DNA from: Rhizophagus irregularis
Taxonomy: Eukaryota
DNA: 64,000 nucleotides
Reading direction: 5' to 3'
Assembly: GCF_026210795.1 (NCBI RefSeq)
Contig: NC_089431.1
Coordinates: 1,116,001-1,180,000 of the forward strand
A model generated the notes under the pieces. That model saw only the letters and a list, made by a program, of their open reading frames with translations. It searched no databases and was not told the origin of the DNA. Both the position numbers and the translations under genes were made by a program. This document shows positions 53,161 to 64,000 of the stretch, piece after piece; position 1 is the stretch's first letter; the number at the start of each line of letters is the position of its first letter.

Positions 53161-54864
53161 AATTTTTATAATAAGTAGACCGCTTTATTAAATTCGGATC
53201 ATTTACATATATAATTTACGGGAATATAAGCTATCACATCATTAGGCTATACTTGATCTGAAACTGCCCCATATGTTGAAGCAGAGACTTCGCCGTTACC
53301 ATTGTTACTACCACTTCTATTATTTTTTTCACGGAGTTTTTCATAATAAGACAAGATTGCAAAGTAGAAATAAACCTATTGATTCAAAACAATCGTCAGA
53401 GAAAACTATATACATGAAAAATAAATCATCTAAATCATTAAATACCTGCATAATATCAGCGATAACTATTAATAACGTAAAAAGAAATATGAGAGTTGTA
53501 TAAATGGCAATACAAATTCCACAACCCCCTACTTGACAATAATCTGAAAGATTATAAAAATAAATTGATATAGTAAAAAAAGTGGACACTATGAAGTCAA
53601 AAATTACCGCGACCAAATAGTAATTGACAAAAATTGTAACATATAAAAAATTATCCTGAATTAAATCAAAAAGGACATTAGCGAAGAATTTGATAACCTT
53701 GGGATACACTTCGGGTTATGAAAATTTACCAGAATTATGCCGACGAATCCGAGAACACAAATTATAAACCTGAAAATGAAAATAAAGAAAAATGCGAGAT
53801 TTGTGTCATAACGAACAGAGGCACAGGCACAGATAAGATTGAGAAACTATATTGTTTCGTAGAGACAGAGGTAAGTACAATTAAGAATTATAAAATGCTC
53901 CCATTGTTTTTAGAAAATATGAACTTACAACTGCAAGAGCGGCAATAAAAAAGACACCCGATCTAAATATACATAAAGCGTTATATATGTTATTCAAAAA
54001 TCATAAAAATTTAGTACAATTTTCTTCTTACTTAAGATTTATACAAAAACAAAAGTTGTTCATAGTCAACAAACTAATTGTTAGATTGATATAAAACAAT
54101 TGCTAAAGTTCTTGAAATTCTGCGCAATGACGCAATGTCGCAATGTGGCTAACAATTTAAAGGATCATTTTAAATGTGTACAGATTGTTACTAAAATAAA
54201 TAAATTACATATAAAAAAAGGGTATATTATCTGTTATATAAGGTTTTTCTTAATTTAGTTCGATTATTCACCTGCACGTGACCTCACTTGTCACTTCTAA
54301 ATTTGTGTGATATCTAAAATTTATTTTAATTGGATTGCTTTTGATAATGTTATTGACAAGGTTACTGAAATGTCGATGTCGTCATCCAATAATAAGTTAC
54401 ACGTATCATTTCAAGTATCGATGCTTTAAAAGTATATATGGATATGATATGATAGTAGATAATTAACAATTAATTCTATAATAATGTAATTAATAAAGTT
54501 TTAATATAATAATAATATTATAACGTTATATTGTATTTATTGTAAGTGTTATTCATTGTTTACATATTGGGCGTGTGTACGAAATTGATTCGTGTGCACA
54601 AAATTGATTTTTGAAGTTTCCATTCCCAGTCACCCGCGCGCGTTATATCAAGATTTTGTATGCTTCTTCGTGTCATTATCTTTCTAACAAGGAAAGCATT
54701 GAAAACAACGACTTAACAAGGAGGTTTGGTGAGTACTGACACGTTATAAAAAAGAACCCGAATTTAAAGTTCATACTTAATATTCTTAAAGTATCAAGCG
54801 TATTTCGTGTTGAATTAGTGTTGAATTTTTATTATTTGTGATTATTTCCTTTTTTTTACATGAT

Positions 54865-55345
54865 AATCTTGTAACTGATTAATGATATAATATTTTAAAA
54901 GATTCTGCGAAAGATTCATATTACTAGTTTCCAGATCTAATACATAGGAATCGATCGATGCGATAAATGTGACCCATGATCAATATACCCCTATAACTCT
55001 ATAAGTATTAATCATGACTCATGAATATTAAACTTTTTTTTACACTATTTTTTTACTTTTTTTAAAAAAAATTGAGTCCTTTATGAAACAATCTTGTAAC
55101 TGATTAATGAGATGAGAAATGATTCTGTAGTGATATTACGCAATTTATAAATAAAAAAGTTTTTTTAATTTGATGGTAGTTTAGTAGTTTAATAAAAAGA
55201 TTCATATTACTAGTTTTCAGATCTAAATACTAGGAATCGATGTGATAAATGTGATTTACGATCGATATACCCCATAAATATTAGTCATGCTCATTTTCAA
55301 TATTAAACTTTTTTTTTTTACATTTTTTTTTACTTTTTTTTACTT
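54865..55345. repeat. Imperfect tandem duplication, ~225-255 bp units
   Basis: aatcttgtaactgattaatga, aaagattcatattactagttt, taggaatcgat and aatattaaacttttttttt each recur in the same order. Confidence 0.75.
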
Positions 55346-56699
55346 TTTTTAAAAAAAAGATTGAGATTTTTTTTTATCAAGATTCAAGATTTTATGAGTC
55401 ATTATTTCCTTTATGAATCAATATAGTAAAATATATAAACAAATCGAGATCTTGTAATTTTGATTATCAAATCATGTGTCACTATAACATCGAAGTTCCC
55501 ATATCATCTACTGTGTAAAAGGTTGTTTAAAAAGTATAAATATACCCTCAAACTCCCTCAAATTTCTCAATACTTTCATTTTTTTATCAAAAACTTCAAA
55601 TAAACGTATTCATATAATGAACTCACTCACTCAGAAAAATAAAAGTACGGAATATATTTCGTACTTATTATTTATTCTCAATAATTTATTTTTCATTTTC
55701 TTATCAAAAACTTCAAATAAATATATTCATATAACGAACTCAGAGAAATTAAACTCGTACTTTATGGAAAAATATATTCAAATATGAAATTTTTCCTTTT
55801 TACGAACTCATTTTCATAAGAATATCTTTACCTGATAGGTTCTTTAGATCTTCTTTTGTTTTTCGATATTAGAAAAGAAAAATATATTTAATATGAAATT
55901 TTCTTTTTTATTTTTTTTTTTTCCAAGCAAGACTCGTGACAATTCTTTCTTGGTTGGCAATAAAATAACACAAACAATACTAATGTTGAAAATAAAGAAT
56001 ATAAACTTGAATTTTCTACCAAAGATGAAAGAATGTAATATAGTATGGATTGTATTTACGAATTAAGTTTATGGTAGACCAATATTAAGGTAAGCATGCG
56101 CTCCCTGCTTGCATAGTTTTAATGATACAGGTTTACAGATAAAAAAAGTTGAAAGGAAGTATATATGAGAAACTGGCTTTCCTGGAGGAGAGTTAGCCTA
56201 TGCACCTGGCTCTTATGTATGATGTCATATTGTCAGTGGTATCCCAAAGGACCATTACAGTAGGGGTTAAAAAAAAGTGAAAAAATAAAAGAAAAAAAAT
56301 ATATAAAAAAAATGAAAAAAAAGTGAAAAAAAAATGAAAATGAAAAATAAAGAAAAAAATAGAAAATAAAAGAAATATATATATATATATATATAAGAAA
56401 AAAGGTGAAAAAATGAAAATGAAAATAAAGAAGAAAAAAAAGAAAAAAAAAACAAAAAAAAAACAAAAAAAATCTTTATTGTGCAAGTTCTGGGGTATCC
56501 ACTTGAGTAGTATGATACCATCACCTTCCTGGAGACTTTTTTTTTACGCGTATGGTGGTGGCTGATTTTTCTTCCACCTGGTACCAGCCATACTAATGAC
56601 TTTTTTTTCTTGTTATTTATAGATCCTATTTAATAGTACTTGTGATTAAAGAAGAATAGTTGAAATTAGTGTATACCATCATCTATTTATAAGGTAAGC

Positions 56700-58175
56700 A
56701 TGCAACCCACAAGCATACATCACTCAATCTAGCGTGGAAAGATTTACCGTGGCAGTTTCTCCAGCACCACCACTTGCCATCCAGGTATGCCACTCTTTGT
56801 GAAGGTTGTCTTTAAATGGTTTATTTATTAAGACATCTAGAAGCTGGCAAATGCTGGTTAAACCACCAGGAATTACTGCCAGATTGAACCCGCTCTCATG
56901 AAATTTTTTTTTACAGATCCTTCCAAATGACCTTTGAATGAATCATACACTAACATTGCTGGATTCCTTCGAGTGCCATTTTTTGACCTTATATCATTGA
57001 AGTAATCAATGTACTTTAACATTAAACTTGAGTCCATCCAACCGTTTTTTGGAACCAAACTACAACACCAGGAAGAACTTGTTCGTTGCGTGGCATTTGT
57101 TTTCCTTTGAAAATACAAATTGGCAGTAGTTTAGTTCTATCTATGATATTGCAATTTAATAAATTTGATTTAGTAGCAAATTGTTATACCAAAATGAAAG
57201 ATGGTTTTAAAATAAAAGGAATACCTGCAGCACATGTCAAAACGACGGTGAACCGATTTTTTTCATTACCTGTTGCGTGAATATGAACTGTTTTTTCACC
57301 CTTTGGATTTATGGTAAAGTGCCAGCCAGTCATATCAAACCAAACGGGCGTTTCGTCCATATTAAAAATATTTTCCAATTCTTAGGATTTTTTGACCCTA
57401 AGGTTAGTTACAAATTGATTGAATTTCTCCAACTGTTACTTGGAAGCTTTTGGAGATCCTAGTGCATCGTCTCAGTGTTAAATTGTATCTTTTCAAAAAT
57501 CCTCTTAACCAATGATAAGAAGTTTTGAAATTTTCTGCAAGTTCTCCATAAAGTTCTAGAATTTCCTCCCTTAAAATTTCTAACATTTTACTTCGTAAAA
57601 TACAGGCATACAGCTTCCTTTGCTCAATTATCCAATCATACAGCCTTTTTTTAGCTTCGGGAAAAAACGCTTTTCGGCCAGAACCAACTCACTTACTTTT
57701 TCCATTAGTTTCAACATTCCAGGTCAAACTTGCTTTTACCCAGCGTCCTACCATACTACGATGAATATCAAATTGTTCCGCTGCTTTATTATTCCCATAT
57801 TCCTCCGCGTATTTAATGACCTCTATCTATTGTTCTACGGAATATGAGGTTCTTTTACGTTTACAACGAGCAACTTTTCTTGGCATTTTTTATTTGTTGC
57901 ACTTGGCGTAGCAATTGGCGTAGTAAAACAGGTGTGTAAACTAGTTCGCGACTTTTACGTAACGCATGTTAAATGATTAGCGATCGCGGGAGTCATGTTA
58001 AATGATCGGCGATCACGGTAGTTCTGTTATTTAATCTTTTTACAAATTTTATTTCCAGTTTATTATTAATACGAAATTTAATCTTTTAGCTATACATTTT
58101 TAAAAAAAGTTGAGCTACCCGAAAATAAGCAACGTTATAACAAAAAATATGTTGTTTATTTTCAGAGGAATACGG
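56700..58175 (-). mobile_element. Decayed pogo/Tigger-family DNA transposon (HTH + DDE_1 transposase pseudogene, ATG 57886, 5' TIR ending 58175)
   Basis: Fragments MPRKVARCKRKRTSYSVEQ*, FKTSYHWLRGFLKRYNLTLRRCT, NMDETPVWFDM, TGNEKNRFTVVLTC, GWMD, MLVYDSFKGH and IPGGLTSICQLLDV. The terminus TA|CCGTATTCCTCTGAAAATAA is on the minus strand. Many frameshifts; the other TIR was not found. Confidence 0.9.
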
Positions 58176-58478
58176 TAATAGGAAATCTGGTCACGCCTCG
58201 AATTTAAATAACAGGCAGGACGACCCTGTTAGGGGTTGGGTTTATAACGTTATATATAGTTTACCATTTGTATACGGTAATAACTTACAGGGTTTTCCCT
58301 TGTTATTGTTCCAGTCTACGTCTATAAAATAAAATAAAAAAAAAATCATTGCTAAAATAACAAAAGAAACTTTATAGCTAAGAATAACATTTCTTATAAA
58401 TAAATATACAACTATTATGTTAATAACGCGAATAAGAAAATTATATTAAAATGCCTTGTTATTGTACTATTTCAGTAC

Positions 58479-59155
58479 ATTGTGTTTTTATTCAAAACCT
58501 TGCGGTATTTGCCGATTTTTTAATGTTGTAATATCGTTATTCATTTTTTTCGCAATAACTTGAAATTTATCCAAATGTTATTTAACCATAAATGACCTTT
58601 TGGCTTATGTATAATAATTTTAGTCTTAAATATAGCTAAGAATAGAAGTCAAAATGCGCATTTACAGATCTTTATGCGCATAATATTCTGATACCTGTGA
58701 TACATGCAATTGTGTTTTTATTCAAATCCTTGCGGTATTTGCCGATCTTTAATTCATTTTTTCGCAATAACTTGAAATTTGTCCAAATGTTATTTAACCA
58801 TAAATGACCTTTTGGCTTATTATGTGTAATAATTTTTAGTCTTAAATATAGCTAGCTAAGAATAGAAGTCAAAATGCGCATTTACAGATCTTTATGCGCA
58901 TACATGTGATACATGCAATTGTGTTTTTATTCAAATCCTTGCCGTAGTTTGCCGATTTTTTAATGTTGTAATATCGTTATTCATTTTTTCGCAATAACTT
59001 GAAATTTGTCTAAATGTTATTTAACCATAAATGACCTTTTGGCTTATTATGTGTAATAATTTTTAGTCTTAAATATAGCTAAGAATAGAAGTCAAATGCG
59101 CATTCGCAGATCTTTATGCGCACAATGATATATCTGATACATGTGATACATGCAA
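58479..59155. repeat. Three tandem ~210-235 bp units upstream of the acidic zinc-ribbon gene
   Basis: attgtgtttttattcaaa.ccttgc ... cgcaataacttgaaattt ... aatagaagtcaaaatgcgcatttacagatctttatgcgca ... gatacatgcaa starts at ~58479, ~58709 and ~58918. Confidence 0.9.
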
Positions 59156-59502
59156 ATCTGCATGATGCGCGTGATTAGGATATGTATTTTAAAGATACAA
59201 ACAAAGCAAAAATTTTATAAACTGGTTAAGACTTGATAAAGTGAAAGTTTATTTTATTGATAGTCATTATTTTTAAGTTGAATTTGATGCGCAGTAATGC
59301 ACGCTCATGAAGCATTTTCTGTTGTATCATTGCATCATATACATGCGCGTGATGCTCATTACTAGATGAGATATCGGATAATCTGTGAACTCCTCAAATG
59401 AACTTCTAAAACCAGTGTTTCATTTTGCTAAAATATTTTATATATTCATGAAATTTATTTTTCCTTATGAAATGACTATTTCTTCATTTACTTTTAAAGA
59501 AA

Positions 59503-60153
59503 ATGGAATATTGTTATAATTGTAATGATTACACCGATGATTGTTACTGCTCAAGATATGGAGATAGCTGCGCTACATATGATGGCATTTTATATGAGGA
59601 CTCATACGATCAAAATTGTCAATATTGTTTCGCAGGGGCTTCTTATGGCGATAATTACTGCCCAACATGCGGCGCTGCCTTCGGTACAGTAGCTACAGTA
59701 GAAGAGTCCTCATACGAAATAGTCTCATACAAAATTAAAGAATCAGCAGAACCATTGATTGAATATGTTGATAAAAATGGTGGTAAAGCTGAAGTGAGTG
59801 CGCAAGTAGGAAATCGTAAAATAACTGCTACATATAGTCAAGAAGCTACAGAAATTTCATTTACTTCATATACTCCTGAAATTGACTACGATACAGAAGA
59901 TTATACTCCTGAAATTGACTACGATACAGAAGATTATACTCCTGAAATTGAATACGATACAGAAGATTATACTCCTGAAACTGACTTCGGTACGGTAGCT
60001 GAGTCCTCTTCATTAATTTCGATCGAAGAATTCGCAGACACCATTAGAAAATCAGCTGAGGTAACGGTCGAATTTGCTGAACTTCATGGTGGTAGTGTTA
60101 AAGTAATTACGCAATTAGATGGTGTTGAAATAATTACTTCATATACCCCATAA
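59503..60153 (+). CDS. Orphan intronless protein, 216 aa: Cys/Tyr-rich N-terminus, CxxC-CxxC zinc ribbon, two ~60-aa internal repeats; strongly acidic
   Basis: Long clean ORF with CQYCFAGASYGDNYCPTCG. The paralog at 63221-63706 keeps frame, and the 33-bp repeat expansion is in frame. Confidence 0.85.
   Translation: MEYCYNCNDYTDDCYCSRYGDSCATYDGILYEDSYDQNCQYCFAGASYGDNYCPTCGAAFGTVATVEESSYEIVSYKIKESAEPLIEYVDKNGGKAEVSAQVGNRKITATYSQEATEISFTSYTPEIDYDTEDYTPEIDYDTEDYTPEIEYDTEDYTPETDFGTVAESSSLISIEEFADTIRKSAEVTVEFAELHGGSVKVITQLDGVEIITSYTP
59869..59985 (+). repeat. Coding 33-bp minisatellite x3.5 (YTPEIDYDTED)
   Basis: tatactcctgaaattgactacgatacagaagat at 59869, 59902 and 59935 (variant), partial at 59968. 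Confidence 0.95.
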
Positions 60154-60785
60154 ACGAATACATTATATAGTATATATTAAGGATAGTAGGATAATATACA
60201 GATTTAATACTTCTTTTTAGTACATATATTTATGAAATTTTGTAATAAAAGTAGCCATTTTAGTATGTATTATGTATACGTATATGATCAAAAATTCGAA
60301 ATAAAATATTTTTTAGTAAAATATTATATGCAAGATGGCTAAATAGAGAAGCGAGGTTTCAAGGGTGGAATTATGCATGAAAAAAACATGCCCTAACTCG
60401 TATAATAGCAGTTCCTTCCCCGCTACTCATTGTCATTATCAAAACTACCAATATTTTCTTTACTATCGATCCATTCTTTAAATAACTTTATTTTACTAAA
60501 TTTTAGTTCCCCTTCGCCATAATAAAAACTTTTCACAGTATCTTTCCGTCTTTTTGACGAATTTCACTTTCGGATTGATTGGCCACGCTCTGTTGATAAA
60601 ATTCGACCTGAAGTCTTTGCATAACGTTGAATCATCTCATTGCAGAGAGCTCGATAGAGACATTGATTCAGATAAAATTCTTCCCAAATTCATTACTCGA
60701 AAGTATTAAATAGTCTTGTGAATAAGATTTTCTGCGCCTCAGTGGCGTAGCCAGCATCACGCGAATTGATTTTTAGTGTTCAGTA

Positions 60786-61264
60786 TTTTTTTTTTGTTAA
60801 TACTTAGTAACGCATTTCTTCACTTACTATGTAAGGTAAAAACAAATTTACAGTAACACAAATTAGAACAACTACGGACTAGTCACGCCAAGTATGACTA
60901 TAACTATCTATGGGATAAATAACCGCCATGTATTCTTAAATTTGGACATCTAATTCTATACATCTTACCAAAAATCCTAAGCGAGATTAATCCAGAATCC
61001 TAAAAATACCGAAAAGTCTGCCCAACGTATTACCATTTGTTAGACCAACGTCAAAGCAGAACCGCCCAGCCGAAATCCAACATCCCAGAGAAACCCCACA
61101 TCCAATAATATGCAATACCAATACGCGTTCCTACAGTACATCAGGAAACACTTTACGAACAAATCAGAACTAGTGTGCTCCTCACGCATATCCTAATATG
61201 CGTCGTAACTCTCTCCAGGCGTCACTTCATAAAGGCCTCAGCTAACGTACAAAAGACTATTAAG
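60786..61264 (-). mobile_element. Probable 5'-truncated non-LTR retroelement 3' UTR
   Basis: Poly-T starting near 60786 (poly-A tail on the minus strand) and a G/T-skewed, GC-richer body. Hairpins such as ACGCATAT-CCTA-ATATGCGT. Near-duplicate flanks gt(t/a)cagtatt at ~60778 and ~61265. Confidence 0.5.
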
Positions 61265-63220
61265 TACAGTATTGTTCTGCCGAGCTAAGAAGCGTTAATT
61301 TCGGATAAACGTGCGATGAATTCATTGTGATTTTAGCGTCACGTGCAGAAAGTTCATTGGCGATTTTGGTGTCCCACGTAGAGAGTCCCTATAAAAAAAG
61401 AATGTCGGGAAATTATGTCCAGGTCTCCGGAAATTTGCAATATTCCGGGCGTCAAGACATTATGAATTTCCATGAAATCTCCAGAAAAGCTTAGAAGGAC
61501 TCAGGACTGGTGTCCAGGAAGTGTCCGGAATATTGCGATTTTCCGGACATTTTACACTCTTCATTGGAGAATTGCTTTCCGATGACATAAATCAAGAAAC
61601 ATACGCCAAAAAGAATCGAAAACGTTGGAGCCTTCAAAGATGTGCCACAAGGCGTTGCTTTACAAAGTGAGTGTAGGCATAATTTCAAATAAAAGAAGAA
61701 GGTTCAGATGTGATAGATTAGTATTGCGTTATTTTTACGATTTAATAGTATAATTTATCGCTAGTGAAGCTAAGGGCGAATCTACTTCTCTTTATACATT
61801 TAACATTTTGCAGTCAGTTCGCAGCAAAGTTCCAAAGGAAATCATTTATTGATGCTAATATAATTGGAATAACTGTGAAAATGATATGACCACATCACTA
61901 TTTCTGAGAAAAGAAATGTTAAGATCCGGCGCGTCAATAAAAATTTCGTTAAAGTCTGGACGAAAAAAAGTTAACATAAAACCTATAGCCCCATATTTTT
62001 CAAGTGATGTGAGTATTATTATTTTTTGTAAATGCTTTACCGTAAGGTGCTTCGCAAAAGAAAAAGTAGTCATTTTTTTTATTAGTAAAACTACATTTGT
62101 TGCTAAAGGTTAAACTACATAAACATTTGTACTACCGCTGATTCACCTTCTCGAAGTCAGAAAACAAGAGTGAAATAGAATAATAACTGAATAGGTTCCG
62201 GTATCTTCTCTATTTATCTTTCTTCGAACTGTTGAAGAAATGTGTATTGAATAATATATTGTTTACTTTTCGTTCGTGGCGCAATTCGATACATTCGTTT
62301 TTTACTGCAGATCATAACTGTATTTATAAAAATTTCCAGGCAAAATAAATCGCATAAATATTTTGCATAAATTAGTCATTCCGGGAATAAGAAGCATTGG
62401 CGTAAATTTTATACCCATATATCACTATTTTCTCCTCGCGATTTGCAAAATATTCCTCTAGCAATAGTATCGTATGAGTTCACATGCATGTTTTATTGTC
62501 CGAAATGTTAACATTCCCACTCGAAAGCATGCAATGTCACGCCACGTATATGGCCAATGAAATTTTAGAATCAGGTGTAACGCTTACGCCAAACAACAAA
62601 AAAACCAAATTATTAAAAATCCACGATAATTATAGTTTTAAATTAACTATAGTTTTAACTTTTAATAAAATAAATATTATACATTAATTTTTGTTGTAAC
62701 AAATTATAAATGATAAAATTCAATAATAAATATCGTTAACTTTTTAAAGTGTAAATAAATCGTTGCTACCGTTGCTTTTAAAGTGTGTTGTTGTTTCTAA
62801 AATTCGATAAAATTTAACATTTTTTAACATAACTTTTATACACTTTTTAGCAATCCATTTTTTTTTTAATTTTAACAATACATACTTTTTATAATTTTTT
62901 TGTGATATTAATTGACGATCATATGGTTATAACGCTTCAAATGCTTCCGTTTCCTAGTAATAATACTGAGTAGCGAGGAAGCTATACGGGTTAGGGCTGG
63001 CAGGCATGTTTTTTTCATACATTATTCCTCCCTTGAAACTTCGCTTCTCTATTTAGCATTTCTCATATATTATTTAAAAAATATATTAAATAAAGACCTT
63101 TATTTTGAATTTTTAAACATATGCGTATGCATAATACATGCGAAAATGGCTATTTTTATTACAAAATTTCATAAATACATGTAAAAAGAAGTATTAATTC
63201 TGTATACTACCCTACTATCC

Positions 63221-63706
63221 TTAATATATACGGTATCTAGTAACCGTTCTTTTCGTTTCTGGAGTATATGAAGTGGTTACTTCAACATCATCTACTTGCG
63301 TAATTACTTTAACACTACCACCACCAAGTTTAGCTTGTTCGATTGTTGCCTCAGCTGATTTCTTAATGGTATTTGCGAGTTTTCCGATTGAGATTGATGA
63401 AGAGGACTTAGCTACTGTACCGGAGGAAGTTTTAGGAGTATATGAAGTACATGAAAATTTTGGACCTTCTCGGCGAGTATATGAGGCGGATATTTTACGA
63501 TTTCCTATTTGCGCACTCACTTCAGCTTTACCACCATTATTATCGACATATTTAGTCAATGGATAGACTGATTTTTTAATATTGTATGCGACTACTTCGG
63601 TTGAGGACCCAGCTGCTGTAGCTACTGTACCGAAGGCAGCTCCGCATGCTGAACAGTATTTAGCGCTACTAGAAACCTGCTCATAACAATATTGACAATA
63701 TTTCAT
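63221..63706 (-). CDS. Orphan intronless protein, 161 aa: N-terminal CxxC-CxxC zinc ribbon plus two ~60-aa internal repeats; basic paralog of 59503-60153
   Basis: MKYCQYCYEQVSSSAKYCSACGAAFGTVAT; colinear with the 216-aa protein (GGKAEVSAQ.GNRKI, GGSVKVITQ.D.VE..TSYTP). Confidence 0.85.
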   Translation of the reverse strand: MKYCQYCYEQVSSSAKYCSACGAAFGTVATAAGSSTEVVAYNIKKSVYPLTKYVDNNGGKAEVSAQIGNRKISASYTRREGPKFSCTSYTPKTSSGTVAKSSSSISIGKLANTIKKSAEATIEQAKLGGGSVKVITQVDDVEVTTSYTPETKRTVTRYRIY

Positions 63707-64000
63707 TTTCTTTAAGCTTGCAATTGAAGGTGTAATTATAAGTAAATGAAAGAATGGTAGGAAAAATAAACTTATGAAACTTTCATGAATATATAAAAGT
63801 ATTTGAGAAAATGAATCACTGGTTTTAGAAGCTCATTTGAGGGAGTTTCATAGATTATCCGATATCTCATTTAGTGATGGGCACTTGCAATGACGTACAT
63901 ACTTCATGAACGTGCATTACTGCGCATCAAAATTTAACTTAAAAAATACATTTCATTTATTTCATTTCTTTAAAATACATATCATTACCATATAATCATG

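Noticed and set aside
53341..53948. Hydrophobic 122-aa minus-strand ORF and neighbouring short ORFs
   Set aside because: Could be a membrane-protein remnant, but it has a GTG start, no recognisable motif and no consistent exon model.
56193..56524. Three overlapping poly-Phe ORFs
   Set aside because: An A-rich low-complexity tract read on the opposite strand.
63273..63566. 97-aa antisense ORF to the basic zinc-ribbon gene
   Set aside because: Shadow ORF with a non-ATG start and no independent support.

Overview
Very AT-rich eukaryotic genomic DNA with short spliceosomal introns. The gene content (Sel1-repeat and tyrosine-kinase-like remnants, expanded methyltransferases, a Pho84-type transporter) suggests an arbuscular mycorrhizal fungus such as Rhizophagus; this is inference, not a database match. 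The window holds a birth-and-death array of 8 paralogous five-exon class I SAM methyltransferases. Seven lie in 1-26.2 kb and one at 47-48 kb; one is a clear pseudogene and one has a mutated splice acceptor. All begin with an MGxxxS/T N-myristoylation motif. Other genes are a secreted AA5 copper-radical oxidase with a GC-AG intron, a Pho84/PHT1-type phosphate transporter with an N/D/H-rich loop expansion, and an inverted-duplicated pair of intronless zinc-ribbon orphan genes that have diverged to opposite net charge. Intergenic DNA is full of small non-autonomous transposons with visible TIRs/TSDs (pogo/Tigger-like, Mutator-like, CACTA-like, Zator/Harbinger-like), a decayed pogo transposase, two retroposed inserts and several pseudogene fragments. 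No rRNA, tRNA or CRISPR was recognised.
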